From assembly GCF_009914755.1 (NCBI RefSeq), contig NC_060947.1: a stretch of DNA of 64,000 nucleotides, one strand, 5' to 3'. Positions within the stretch are counted from its first letter, which is position 1; every line of letters begins with the position of its first letter. A program made the position numbers and the translations under genes. Source of the stretch: the human T2T-CHM13v2.0 reference genome, Homo sapiens. A model generated the notes under the pieces. The model worked only from the letters and a program-made list of their open reading frames with translations, did no database searches and was not told the origin of the DNA. Below are positions 13,779-30,085 of the stretch, piece after piece.

Positions 13779-14979
13779 CATTTTCTGTTAATGGTAAAAG
13801 ATGATCGGAAGAAGAAACTTCAGGGTTTTTTTCTTTTTGATCAATATCAATTTTTCTAGGTTGGACCAGAGAGATAATGCCATTTTCAAAGTGAGATGAC
13901 ATTCTATAAAACCTACATGCAGGGCCTTCATTAACTAACTTGAACATACTCTGTTTTGAAAAAGAAAAGGCTAAGCAATGAACTTTGGAACTAAAGAACA
14001 AATGAGGAATATTGTCAGAAAGCAGCATCTACGTTAATTAGTGCCCCATCCTTAACTTTATCACAAAGGTTAAGTTTAACTAGGACCCTGTCCTTGATTT
14101 TTATTGTCATCTTGTGAAAACATCACCTGCTGTATAAGCCTCTTAAATTTACACTTGATTATGAAAGTCAAGCACACTTTCATTTACTGACAGCTACTGA
14201 TGCTTCTAATGAAGTCAGGTGACTTTAGTTCAAATAAACAAATGATTATGGTTGACAGCAAGAGTGTAAACAAGTTCTAATTAAATTAATGAATATGCTC
14301 GCTGTTGTGGTTGTCTCATAGGACATAAAAACTTGTATTTGCTTATCAAGATATCCACACAATGGGAAAAAATGAATTTCCATGGTCAGAAAGTCAGTGC
14401 CCATAGGCCAGTGAGTAGGTAAAGGAGTAGAAATCACTGGCATTTCACCAGTTTATAGACTCATTCTACAGGTAGATGGATAGTTATAGTCTCTTGACCT
14501 TTTGAGCAAACTGCTCAAAACAGTGAGGACTAAAGTCAGGCTTGCATTATACTCACCCTTTGGTGTTGGGAAAAGAGCACATTACACAGCCCTGGTCATA
14601 TATTCAAGTAAAATTATTGGGCTTTAAGCAAAAAAGAAGAATAAATGAATAAAAGTCTTCTGGGCATATAGATTTTAAAAAGAACACGTAACTTATAATG
14701 AAATGAAAATTATATTGTCATTAGATACTTTTACAATGCTTTATGGCCATAAGTAAATGGGATGACATATTTAAGGTGCTCACGAAAAGGAAATGTGGGC
14801 AAAGATTTTGCCTCCAGAAGAACTGACTTAAAGAGTAAAAAGCAAAAACTGTCATCAACATGTAAGAACTTGAAGAATATCTTTTTCAGATCACTTTCTG
14901 AGAAATCTGAAGAATAAGTTTCAAACAACAAAAATTACTGGGAGAGAGAGCAACATATTTACCAGTGGTAATCATTTAA

Positions 14980-16453
14980 TACATAAGGACCTGTGAAAGT
15001 GTGACTAAATGAAAAAAAGTATGTATGTAGATGGTTATATATTATATCAATGTAGATATAACACAATTACAAAATAAAATGAAGAGGATATGGGGAGATG
15101 ACATATACAAAAATTTAAACATTTTCAATCACTGTATTGGAATGATAGTTTTAGTCTTGTTATTCTGAGACTGTTTTTATGTTATTGGATCAAGCAAATG
15201 AGCAATTGTGTGATAGTTCAATTCTATCATCTGCTGTGGTTTTGAGAAGCAGGGCTTTTCATGTAGAAAGAAGGAGATATAAAATAGTAAATAATAAATA
15301 GAAGCCTCATATTACTGCATTAGAATTGGAAGTACTAAAATGAAGTCACAAATAATTATGTACAGAGATGGAAAATTATATGTACAAGTCATATGTAAAA
15401 TTCTGATACATGCATATTTCACATATTGTGAATATGTAATTTATATATAAGGTACATTGTCTATATAAATATTTATAATAGGTAATTATACTCTTACATA
15501 TAACTTACATATGTTGATCCATATAACATATAAACTATATATGAGTATAATTATATATTATAAATATATAATTATATATATATATACACACATATTATTT
15601 CCTATCTCTATCCATAGAAAAGGTCTAGAAACAATGGTCAACACTGTAGTGATGATCTTTAATACAATTTTCCACTAAAATAAAACAGGGCTTTTTGGAG
15701 AAATAGGTGATTCCATTTCTCTACACATAAAAGGTCTTGGATAGGAAGGGTACATGATAAGCTTATAATATGTAATTATATCAGATAACAAGAACGCCAT
15801 AGGAATCTACTTTTGTTCTGTCAAATTGAACTCAGGAGCAAAATTAAAGAGGCTCCTACTGGGCAGAGATGGGACAATTTGAGCTTTAATAGAACTAGTA
15901 GTTAAAATGGTATGAAACCCATCAAATATATTTACATTCATAATTTCATAATGATATTAATATATAACAATTAGTAACCTAAATAACAGTTAAACACCTC
16001 ATTTTCTGGTGAATAAAGGAAAAGACACAAGGATTTATCTTTCCTTTTCTATATTACCACTGGGTAACCAATTAGTATATTTGGAGCAGTGTCTTGTTAT
16101 AAAAACATTGCAACTAATTTAAAAAGAAATGATAGAGTTAGAATATCACCGTATTGCAAAGGCAATGAATTCACAAGCATAGACATTGAGCATTAAGAGT
16201 GCCTAACAACAAAAAGAGAGATAGTAAGACCTTTTGTGTCTCCTGAGGAAAAACTACAATATGACTGGATTTTGCCAAAGAGGTAAAATTTGAGTCTTAT
16301 CATGCATTTGGATCCAGTTGACAATTTTCAAGAAATATTAAAGAGAAAGTAATATATTAAACAGCACCATGAGAATGCATTGAACAAAATCTGGACTGTG
16401 GTAAACTACATGTCAAATTACCCAAGTTGTGCAACAGATAAATTTTAAAGGAC
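14980..16453 (+). mobile_element. Old LINE-1 3' region (L1MC4-like), left part
   Basis: GTTATTCTGAGACTGT, TTTCCACTAAAA...CAGGGCTTTTTGGAGAAAT and CAGAGATGGGACAATTTGAGC are typical of L1MC 3' UTRs. Left boundary approximate. Confidence 0.65.
15469..15592. repeat. AT-rich imperfect palindrome plus (TA)n low-complexity tract
   Basis: Arms 15469-15493 and 15543-15567 are reverse complements at 23/25 positions. Confidence 0.8.
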
Positions 16454-18835
<2,382 letters not shown>

Positions 18836-18969
18836 GATGGCATTCTATGTGAATGCAACTCCAAAATATTATCAGATTGAGATCTTTAGAAATTAATTCG
18901 ACGTAGCAGCAAATCTCAAACTAAAAGTTAAGTAGCAACCTCTAGGGCCAAAAGAAGAGATTTTGATGG

Positions 18970-19370
18970 AACAGGACACATGATTGGGTTCCCTAGAAGA
19001 AGACTCTGAGATAGAGACTGCAGGAGGTTTATTGGAGAGTGCTCTTTGGGTCTCCACCTGACAAAAGGAAAGAAAGGAAGCAAAACTGAGAAGAATAAGT
19101 TGGGCTGTAGTGTAGTATCAGGGAAGTCCTCAGGTGTCTTCATGGGAATTTTAGAATTTGCGATAGCCATTCAATGTTATACTACAGTAGACAAAGGGAT
19201 CAGGGTTTTGTGTTTCTCCTTAATGGAGGACAAGCTGCTTTAGGGAGGACTGCATAGATTGGACACAGCCAAAACAATCCTGAAGTGGGCTGAAAGACGA
19301 GAGATGTCTGCTCACAACAGTCACAGAAGCTGAGGCATCTGAGTGGTAGAGCACTGCATCAACTACAGTG
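18970..19370. mobile_element. Ancient ERVL-class LTR relic (LTR16/LTR33-like)
   Basis: GGGTTCCCTAGAAG..GACTCTGAGA...GCAGGAGGTTTATTGGAGAGTGCTC motif. Exact family uncertain. Confidence 0.5.
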
Positions 19371-19494
19371 ATTATTTCCTGCCTCTATCAGTATTTTTTT
19401 TCTGGCTTCTATATTTATCTGTCCCTAAACTATGCTACTAATTTTGCAAATACAAGGTTGTAAATCTCAGCATCCTTGCGATTTGGTGAAATCT

Positions 19495-19775
19495 TGTTTC
19501 CATTTTACAGATAAGGAAAAAAAAAAGCTCAGAAAGGTGAATAGTTATAGTAACACTGCATTGTAGTCTAACTTTGGGCCAGGCATACTACCTGCATTAT
19601 TTCATTTCATTATTTCAATAGACTTATGAGTTAAGCACAGGTGGTTCCTTCATTTTACAGGTGAGGTAAATGAAAGCCATAGACGTTAAAAAATTATCCT
19701 GGTCAGTGATGGAACCAGGATTCTAATGAAGTCTGTATGAACCCAACATTTTACTCTCAACCAATATGTTATACA
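19495..19775 (-). mobile_element. MIR relics (two fragments)
   Basis: CCATTTTACAGATAAGGAAA and CATTTTACAGGTGAGGTAAATGAAAGC antisense cores. Confidence 0.7.
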
Positions 19776-20624
19776 CCTCTGCAGAAATGGTCTAGACTCA
19801 CAGAAGAAATAAAAGGCCAATTCAGGAATTTAACTCTGATTTCCTATCTCCAGATTTTCAGTCCCTCTCCTATAACTTGTCCAGTGTCCCATACCTTGAG
19901 AGAGGGCTTTATTTTAGAAGTTAATTAATGGTTGATGGTGATTTAATATATTACCACTCTTAACCAGCAAATAGGGATCTTCGATAACTTAAATAACTTC
20001 ATTTAAAGAAATCACAAAGATAAACATTGTTTTCCAACTGATGGGCTACTAGAGAAAAATGTTTTGGGAGTATGGAGGCCTTTTGAATTCCTGAGATGCC
20101 ACCAAGCATTCTGTGCCAATTCTTCTTATGCAGAGGTCAACTTCACAGGCCATAGAATAATTAAGGGAGTGCAGGGCATAATCAATAAGAAAAACTAAAA
20201 AAAAGATCAAAAGTCTTCAGTCTGGATGAAATGAAAATCAAAAGTGAATTATTCTAAAGTAAGTAAGAAGCAAGATTGTGTGGGAAAATGAGAGCAGACG
20301 TATCCCTTATGTCTCAGGGCATAAGAAATAAAGGGGAAATTTTTTAAGATTCAAGAGGTTAATTGGGACAAATAGAATGAAAGCATTACTCTAAACTCAA
20401 AGTAGCTAACCACCAAAACTTATTACATCTAAAAAAGCAGTATAGGCTGTCATAAATTGATTCAAGGTAATTTAAATAAATTTTTGGGTAAGAAATTTAG
20501 AAAATGAGAATTGAGAGATAAGGCCTGAGTGTGAACTTGTGGACAATAACCCTATCCTTCCTTATGCTGTCCATTGGTATATCTGTCTCAGATGCAGTTC
20601 TGGACTATATGGACCATGGTCGCG

Positions 20625-21012
20625 ATTCTTGCTATACATGGACTTCCTTTATCTTCCCTCAAAATACAAAACTTCTTGTGCTTAGGGCAGTTACCTCTGC
20701 TTGGCATGCCCTTTTCTTCACTTCTGTGTAGCTGGCTCCTCATTCTTCACATCTCAGTGTATTAACAACCTATTGCTCCCACCCAAGCCCTATCACTCTT
20801 TAACTACTTGCCTTCTTTTGTTCTCTTCAGAGCACAATCTTTGATTATCTTGTATCCTTTTTACTTGTTTGTGATCTGTTTCCTCAAGTAAAATGTAAGT
20901 TTTAGGAGGACAGGGCACTTAGGAGTTATGTTCACAATCATAGTGTGTCATCTAATCTAGTGATTAACATAGACATATATTTATTGAGCATATGAATGAG
21001 TGAATAAATAAA
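20625..21012 (+). mobile_element. L2 LINE 3' end relic
   Basis: CCTCTGCTTGGCATGCCC, AAATGTAAG...GGAGGACAGGG and the terminal TATTTATTGAG...TGAATGAGTGAATAAAT. Confidence 0.7.
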
Positions 21013-21647
21013 TAGATGCTTCAAGAATCTCATTTTGAGTAAAGCAAAAATACTTCTTCCTAAAATAAAGGCAATCATTCAGAATTTAGTTCTTATTTTT
21101 GTGTTTGTTATAGTCTTGAGACTCATGCTTTTTTGTACTTTTTGCGATAACTAAGAAATCATTTCACGTATTACTGCACATGCACACACAAATAAAATGA
21201 CAGAAATCATACTTTTGGTTTAGATGAAAAGTATTGGTGAGGTTAAGCAAATATGCATGCATTAGTTATGCATATTTGGCCCTAAGTGCTTTATGCAACA
21301 GTTTTTCTAGAACACTTATTTAAATCAACCACAAATTGACAACATCCAAGGCTCATCTGGCTGCTCAAGAACCTACACAGCTAGTGTATTACTGCAGAAC
21401 ATGTTGTAGTTCTTGGCAGTCTCTTCAAAGTACAATACCTGGAATGCCTAGGAAATCTGCTTCCCATAAGAATTCTTCCTGAATTGGAATAGACACCCAA
21501 TTACTGTGGTTGCCAAAATGCATGCATCATCTGGTGGCAAAAGAGAGCGTTGTCAAGAGATAGTCCTTCAGTTTACAGCAAGTAACTAACTAAAAAACTA
21601 AGTAAAAAAGTAAACTAGGTAGAGTAAAATAAAAATGTTTCAACTTC

Positions 21648-21921
21648 TTTGCTGCCCCTTTCAGAGAATCACTTGAAGCTTTCATAAAAAGGCAGAAGGA
21701 AAGCAAGGTCTTGGGAGAGTGATAATATAAACCCAGTAAGCATCAGTATTTCAGTAAGTGTCCACAGTTAAAGGTTTTTTTTAATTACATGCCAGTTCAT
21801 TCCTCTTTCAATCAAAATGTAAGGGTGGGCAAATACTTTAATTACTTTGTTCCTCAAATATGTTATATTCTACAGAGCATGAAGGAAAAAGTAATCAAGA
21901 TGATATGTAGTAAATACATGT
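21648..21921 (+). repeat. 274-bp direct repeat, copy 1
   Basis: Matches 23154-23427 except for 3 substitutions. Confidence 0.97.
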
Positions 21922-22609
21922 ACAGAGATCTAAGTAAATGTGACTTGTGGATTCGAGAGATTTCAATTGTTCAAAGTGAATTCTTATTTGCTCTTCTCCT
22001 TAGGATGGAGCAGCTGTGATTATTTATAAAGAGCAACATTGCAGTTTCTCCAGGTTGCTGCTCACGATAGACAACTCACAGAGCTTTTCAACTCACCAAC
22101 AGTCATCTCAGGGCTGGTGTTGATGTGGACATGAATACTGAGAAAGAAATAGGCTTCAGAGAGATCTGCCTTCATAACTTTTTCAGTAACAAGCAGCTAT
22201 ACATGCTCCTGTGGGTTCCTTTGTTCTGTAGACTCTGCAGTCCCACGATGCAATTGGAGGGACCCTTAGCTCTTTAATGAAGTACACCCAGTGTGCAGTA
22301 GTGAGCACAAGATATTTTAGGCCCTGCTGTGTGGGTGTTAGCAACTAATTATGTGAAAATGGATCATTAAGAGTTAGCTGGGAAAAAATGCAAATCATTA
22401 GCAAGCTCCTTTGGTAAAGAAATGGTAGTACCCATCTGCTGAAGTTCAACCACTCAAGGAAGACGTTAGACAAAGTCTAATGGTAGGAATGGGACACAGG
22501 AATGGCAGGGAAATAGGATATAGAAAAGAGGTTTGACTTTTGTAAAACTTATGTGTTTTATTTCTGCTTGTGCATTTTGCATCACTGAAGGGGTTAAGGG
22601 GTAAAGTAA

Positions 22610-22916
<307 letters not shown>

Positions 22917-23153
22917 TAATTTTTATTTCAAATATTTTATGTACTTGGAACCAAATGCTAAAGTTCATGAAAAACTAAGATAAAATTATTTATAAATTTC
23001 AGAGACAATACATTGTTAACAGATCATCTTTTAGTCAAAGTGATGAAAAATGCAGGCAACTGTACTCTAAATTTAAAAGTTACAAGACATTTGCCAACAT
23101 TGGACAATATACATGAGAGTAAGTGATGAATTTCTGCCCTGTTGTTACTCAAT

Positions 23154-23427
23154 TTTGCTGCCCCTTTCAGAGAATCACTTGAAGCTTTCATAAAAAGGCA
23201 GAAGGAAAGCAAGGTCTTGGGAGAGTGATAATATAAACCCAGTAAGCATCAATATTTCAGTAAGTGTCCACAGTTAAAGATTTTTTTTAATTACATGCCA
23301 GTTCATTCCTCTTTCAATCAAAATGTAAGGGTGGGCAAATACTTTAATTACTTTGTTCCTCAAATATGTTATATTCTATAGAGCATGAAGGAAAAAGTAA
23401 TCAAGATGATATGTAGTAAATACATGT
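23154..23427 (+). repeat. 274-bp direct repeat, copy 2
   Basis: Offset 1506 bp from copy 1, 271/274 identity. Confidence 0.97.
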
Positions 23428-24045
23428 GCCACTGATAAGACTGGTTGGAATGTTTTGTTCTGTGTAGTGAGAACTCTAAACCTAAGGACTTTGCTCTGGT
23501 GTGATGCAGAGCTTGAGTCTGAGCTTATTTCAGAATGTTACCAAGATGTCAAATGCTACTAGAGGCAACACTCTGACACTGGAGACATAACTTTTAAAAA
23601 GCACTCTCAAATGACTCCTTGGTGCATGTAAATCCAATGATACAACAAAAAGGGAACAGCATCAACTGCCTCAGTCCCCTAGGAGCATCAACCTCAATCC
23701 TTTTGAAAAAGTTTTATGCATCAAATACAAAACTAAATTTAGGAAGTTGGTGAAATAATTTTGTAGCTATCCCCATGTTGGACAAAACTCTAGGCCCAAA
23801 GACAGGTTTTGTCTCTGAATATTCATAGATTTTTCACTCAATGTGGAATCAGTCTGGGGTGAGAATAAAGAGCTCATTACATGTGAAGTGATACATGTTA
23901 CACCAGTATAACAAATATGTGATAAACAGTCTTGTCCACTCATCTACATGGTATCTTCAGCAGCCGTGTCTGTACTGCCATCATTGGTGTTTTAATGATA
24001 AACTTAATTTTCCTCTTTTCCTTTGTTCTTTTCTCTATATTCCCA

Positions 24046-24094
24046 ACACACACGTACACGCACGTGCACACACACACACACACACACACACACA
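24046..24094. repeat. (CA)n microsatellite, interrupted at its left end
   Basis: ACACACACGTACACGCACGTG followed by (CA)14. Confidence 0.95.
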
Positions 24095-25134
24095 AGAGAG
24101 AATATGTTTTTCCTAAGGATCAAGGCAGCTTTACTAACTTTCCCTTATTTTTTCTTAGATGTCGTAGGACAATTATTCTTTCCAGAAAACCTATCCTCAG
24201 AACGGTTTAGACTTTATCTCTCTGCTGTGCAGAACATAAATTAAAAGAATGAGAGTTGGTGCTAGGAGAGTTGCTGCACCTTCCAGAGAAGGAGAAGGCC
24301 TACTAAGTGATCATCAAGAGGCAGATGCTCTTTTTGTTTTATTACCATATAGAAGGAGCTGAATTTTTCACTTTGGTCCACAAATGCACAGCCTATTATC
24401 TAGACCATAGGGAGGAGAATTGGAGATTCTGCCTTACTGTAATGATGAGGAGCTTGAAGTTGGTGGTAATAATGTTGATGATGAGATTATTATCTTGATG
24501 ACAATGAAGACATCAAAGACAAAAAGTGTCCAAGCCACTAAATGTTCAGTATTCTTATTAAACCACAGAGGCTGTTGGCAAAAGTGCAATTGGTCTAATT
24601 AATGACCGAATCGCTTCATCTGCCTCTTATACAGATCTGCTTCTATTGTTTTTTTAAATTGGCTTCTTCCTTGGACTTCAGATTTAAGATCGTGGCTCTT
24701 ACTTTCCCTTTCCTGAATCTCTGCTACCTGTCCCAGATGCTGCCTCTGGTAGTGTGCCCTAAATTCACACCCATCCCATGACCTGGGATGCTACTAGATT
24801 CTTCCTCTATCCATTTGTGCTCATCAGACTGAGAATGCTAATATTGCTTGTATTAATGTCAGTCTCTGCTTGGGAAAGTGTTTTCAAGATCCAATAATGT
24901 CAACCTCACGCATATGGTCAAAGGTTCACCTTGTATAATGTTGTTGATAAAGAACAACATTGCTTTTTCCTCCTGTAGTTGCATGCATGCCATTTCAGTG
25001 GCATTTCAGTTCACAGGACAGTTTCCTGGGAATTGTTATGTCTACATCTTTGGAGCCCAGAGCTCTACAATCAATCGCCATTGTGGAAAGATATATTGTA
25101 ACTGTCGGAGCCAGTCTGCTAACTGTGTTGTGAC

Positions 25135-25272
25135 TTTTCTGTTACCCCATCTATAAACCACAGGGTTTATACATGTCACCTCAGGAAGGTATTATGAGAG
25201 TTAATGAACCAGAAGTTGTAAGGGGGATTTAGCCTGCCGGATAAAAGGTGCTGCTTAAGTATAGAGCATTCC
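25135..25272 (+). mobile_element. Ancient CORE-SINE 3' part (MIR/MIR1_Amn-like)
   Basis: CCCCATCTATAAA...CACCTCAGGAAGGTATTATGAGAGTTAATGA...GGATAAAAGGTGCTGCTTAAGTATAGAGCATT. Confidence 0.55.
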
Positions 25273-28200
25273 CGTTTTATGTGACCTGATTCTTCAGGGC
25301 CAAAGCAACATATCAGGAAGTCACAGTGCTGCTATTAAAGGGCAGAGGGCACTATCAGTACATTCTCAATGTAAGGTGTAAACTCAGTCTCCAAAAGGAG
25401 CAGTTTGGGATTTTATAACTTACTGTTCAGTAGTGGCTCCTTTGCTGCAGCTGCCGCATCCCCTGCATGATAAAATTAGTCTCATTTTGCCCATTTTGTC
25501 CTTGGTTCCCTTGAAACAACATGTATTCCCTCAAAATCCTCTCTGGATGAAATGACTATGGTACAGAAATATAAGACGTACAAATACATCAGCTAAAATG
25601 GATGATAAGAGGACAAACCTGCAGGGCAAGTAGTGCCTCTGGCAGGTTTTTGCTGTTCCTTTTGAGATACAAAAGCAAGAAGACATCTGCAGCTAAGATG
25701 CATTAAAGGGTTTCTGTTATCACAACAGTGAGAGAAGGTACAGCAAGCCAAATGGGGCAAATGTGATATGCCACCTCCAAGTAGCATTGTAAGGTTTGTA
25801 GCACAGAAGAGACAAACACTCAGAATATGAGACCTTTCTAAAGACCTCACTTGGCTTACACTATTTAACACTGTGACAGTTCTGCAGGGCCTATTCTATT
25901 TGACTTGGGGTTCACTATCTGCTTAGTTGATCCCCTTATTGACCACATTACCTCTCATCTGCTCTGAGTTCAACCTTTTCTGTCCTCTACTGGCCACTAT
26001 CAATAATGCCTCTCAAAAGGCTCCTGTTGAGGCACATAGAGCTTCACTGATGGGACATTTATTTATTAACATATTAAATTATTATATTTTCAATATATTC
26101 TTGCCCACCACCATTAAAGAAAAGTGTGCATTCATAATGGTATTAGCTGTGAGGGGCTTAGAATGCACTTAGTTTTGTTTGCAATTTCTACAGACACTTC
26201 TCACTTCCATAATAAAGCCTGTTTTGCTAACCAGGGGAAAAGACCATAAATATTCACAAATTTGGAAAAAAATATATTTTTTCTGAATAATGAAAGAAAA
26301 ACCAGCATTAAGAAAATAAGGAAGTCACAGAACTGTGTTTCATGTTTGTTTGTTTTTTCCCCTCTGTGCAGGGTTCTTGCATTCTTTCCTTTACTTAGTC
26401 CTACCATCCTTGTAAGAGTAAGTAAAGCAGAAATAAAAGACTCCCTCTTGGTTTTCCCCCACTCTGAGATACCTTAAGGCTTACAGGATGATACTTTCTC
26501 CATTATAGCCAGTCGCTGTAAATCAGCTGTGTGAATAAGAACACCTGACTCCTTCTAGACCTGCATGTTTACTAAGTTTTACAAGCTGAAAAGCATTGGC
26601 TCTTGGGGTATTAGGGAGTGTTTTAACATTAAAACAGTTCTGCCTGATGCTGTGAATACAGCTACAAAAACACAAAAATCAGTTTTCTCCCTCCTTTGCC
26701 ATGGAGCTGCAATTTTCCCCAGGAGCCTTTGACACTTTCTACTTTATGCACCAATTCCTCTGATAGTGTATAATCTCTTTCATATTCTTTTTTGAAATGT
26801 TTCTAATGTTCAACATTCATTTATGTTTCAGTGGGAAGACAACATAGTTATGCATGTTTTTCGGGATTAAGAGTATTTTACTCTCAATGATACATAGTTA
26901 AACCACTTTTGTTATTGCCTACATTCTGTCTCTGCTGCAGAGGCTGGGGAGATATCCATAGTGTTACCTCTCAATGCTTTAGGTTTCTATCCTGCTTTGA
27001 GGAAAGATTTCAGTCAGCTGTGATGTATATGGAATAGCAGAGTGGAACTTGTCTCTTTTTCAGAGCATGGGGCTTAGGGAACCTGATAAATGACTGAATT
27101 TTCAATGAGTCAAATATCAAGAAAGAAGCTGTTTCTTTCATTTTCCTTTGCACTAGTTAATTTGCAAAGGTGCTGATTTTTCTCTTCAGATTTATAAAGC
27201 CGAGGGACATATTTATGAAAAGGCACAAAAGAATCAGAAGACAGAAAACTAGCTAACTAAAAAGGAAGAGATGCATATATATCCTAACAGGTAAATTCTA
27301 GAGGGTGTTTAGGTTTGGTTTTGTTTTGCTTCTGTGGCTATTAAAGTTTGGATCTATAAAGGTGCCCTGTGCTTTTAACGTGCAGATCAAAGTCTTGATG
27401 GAGTTGTACCTTTGCTGCTTGGTGCTGTACATAAAACATCAGCAAAGCACTGTTATATTGTGCATGTAATTTCTTTGCTGCATTTAACTCAATTTGAGCA
27501 TCAAGCCATTGGCTTGTATGTTTTTTATTTAAAATGTAAACAGAAAGAAGTGATCTTCCTGGAAAATAATGTACATGAAAGAAATGAGAGGTTACATACC
27601 ATGTGTCTGAATACTACTCAAGCATCCACTGTAGTTCATAAAATGAAATCAGGGACCAATTTTCACCCGGAATTCTTGTCATTGAACAAAGAGAAAAAGC
27701 AGCTCTGGGTTGATTCATATTTTGGAATGTAAAGCTCTACAAGGATCTCAGATAGAGCTGTAAAATGTCCTTCCTAATCTGGAAGGAAGCATCTGTTGAA
27801 AAAGTAGTCATGGTACAGTACAAGAGGTTTCATGTTTTCTTTTCTTGATGTTTGGAAGCACAAATAAGAACTATTCATTATTTTTTAAACGAATTTATTT
27901 ATATGACATTACCATGAATGTATGGACATGTTCTAGTGCCCACTAACTGTGTCCAAGAAAGAAGATATAAAATCAAACCCTTAACTCCATAACAACAGTG
28001 GTCAAATTTGGGACCTGCAGGGTGTGTTTCTTATTCAGTCTACATTCAGCTTTGCTTTCTCCCCTCTCTCCTGTGTTCCCCTTCACCCTCTCTCACTTTC
28101 TTCTTTCTTTCCCTTTCTTACTGTTGCATGTACATACTTATTCAACTCACTATCTTCTCAATGACCTTGAAACTAGTTCATTAACTGGAGTTCACAGATA

Positions 28201-28434
28201 CAGGTAAGCAAAACAACATTAAGGGAATGAACAGAATACACAAAATAGATTGCTCATAGTCATTGTTCTAACAAAATTTTCAATTTTCTTCTGTTTTCTA
28301 TTCATATTACAAAGTCTCTGTTATTATAACTCCTGAGGTACACCAACTATATGTCTGTTTGTGAGGGTAGATGATGAGAACTGATTTAGGGGACAAAGCC
28401 TATTATAAGTCTATCGGCATTCAGTTAAATGTTG

Positions 28435-28512
28435 CCAATAAGATAATTCATGGAAATCTGTTAGCACAATTCCTAGCACATGATAAGCATGCAGTAAATG
28501 GTAGTAGTTGTT
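28435..28512 (+). mobile_element. MIR 3' fragment
   Basis: AATAAGATAATTCATGGAAA...TTAGCACAATTCCTAGCACATGATAAGCATGCAGTAAATGGTAG. Confidence 0.65.
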
Positions 28513-29964
28513 TTTGTTACTGCTGCTGTTTTTTAGGTTTTCATTTTATTCTCCAAAATATAACATTTTTATTAGAGGCTCTTGGAGAAAAAAAGTAAAG
28601 GCTATTTATAGACTTACTAGTCTGTTACGTACAGTTGCTCTCCTCATCCATTGGACATGCCCCTTTACAGTTCTTCATTAGTGAAATTACTGAAGACTTG
28701 TATGCACAGCCTGCTTTTCTCTTCCCCATTCACACATTTGCTCTATTGCCGTTCTATTTTCTCATCATAGGCTTCATCGTGTCAGAGGTGAGATGGCAAG
28801 TCTAGACAATATACAAGGAAATTTTCTTAAGTCCTCAGACTTAAAACATTGCTTTATTTCTTATCAAACTCTCATTTAAATAAGTAGAAACCTTTCCCAA
28901 ACGTCTTGATGTTTATTTTAAATTAAATATTAAATTTAACAATTAGTAATCTTGATGCTAAAAACATTAAACACTGGTAGGTTTTTGTTTGTTTCGTTTT
29001 TTCATGAAAAATCTTCTTAGTAACTAGAACACCTAGGAAAATATGATCCACAGGGTTCATTCAACTGAACCAGAAAGTTAGGATCTCTAAGAAAATTAAG
29101 GTTACTCTGAGGTTCAAATAAATTCACACTAAGAAGTCCATATATCATTTTATGCTGCTCTGTGTCAAATTACTTTTGAATATGTGGTAGAAATCCATAA
29201 GGGCTTCTACAAAATAATATCCTGTGCATATGTATCCAGCATTTTTTGGCTGAAAGCTAACCTTGCATTTAGCTCAAGTATTTCTGTAATAAACAAAAGG
29301 TCTTAAGATTATAAAAATGTTGTACTTATGCTAACTAATCAGAGGAGACTTCAAGAGGAACATTTTGGCTACATTTCCACTGGTGTCTAACTATGAGTAT
29401 TGGTGTTCTTTCCCTGAGTACTTACCTCAGAAAACATACACTTAATTTTTGCAATATTGATTTTTGTGTTGGGGTTTGTTTTACACACCATGAAAAGGAA
29501 AGCATTGGGCAAAATATTAAAAATAATCAGTGGGTTTGATTTGTCTTAAGTAGAAGGCTTTACAGTAGTTATCCCTGTACTCAACAAATCTGCTTATTAA
29601 ATATGGTCTGTTATAAATTAACTTCTACAAAACTCAAGGCTTTCTAGGTTTTCACTAGCCCTTTGTCCCTTTGAGAATAAAACTGGGCAACAGAACCAGA
29701 AAGTGTGGCTTCTAATGGATGGAATAAAGGGATTTTTTAAGTAGAATTTAACTGGGATCAGCATTCTCTTGACTCTTGCTATTGAATTTCTTTTAATTGC
29801 CTTCTTCTTTCTTTTCTCATATGAGGAGCTGATGTAAGGTGAGCCTATGAGAGAAAATGTCTTCTTTACTTCCCACCCCAGCGTTAGACTAAGCAAGAAC
29901 CAAGGAAGGCCCAAGGAAAAAGTAGAGTAGGAGGCTACTGTCTTTTTTTTTCTTTTTTCCATTG

Positions 29965-30085
29965 GTTTCAACCAATATTTATTGTGTACCAACTATGTGC
30001 CAAAAACTTATCTAGGCACTGAGATATAGCAGTGAACAAGATCACCAGGGCCTTCGCTTTTCTGAAGCTTAAAGAATACTTAGGA
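29965..30085 (-). mobile_element. L2 3' fragment
   Basis: TTCAACCAATATTTATTG...CTATGTGCCA...CTAGGCACTGAGATATAGCAGTGAACAAGA. Confidence 0.75.

Noticed and set aside
21522-21540. CTCF site (CATCATCTGGTGGCAA, minus strand)
   Set aside because: It reads CCACCAGATGATG, which mismatches the highly conserved GGC end of the core.
27412-29992. 106-aa and 124-aa ORFs in unique DNA
   Set aside because: Non-ATG starts, no recognisable domain, AT-biased composition and no supporting exon structure. The 124-aa ORF starts inside an L2 relic.
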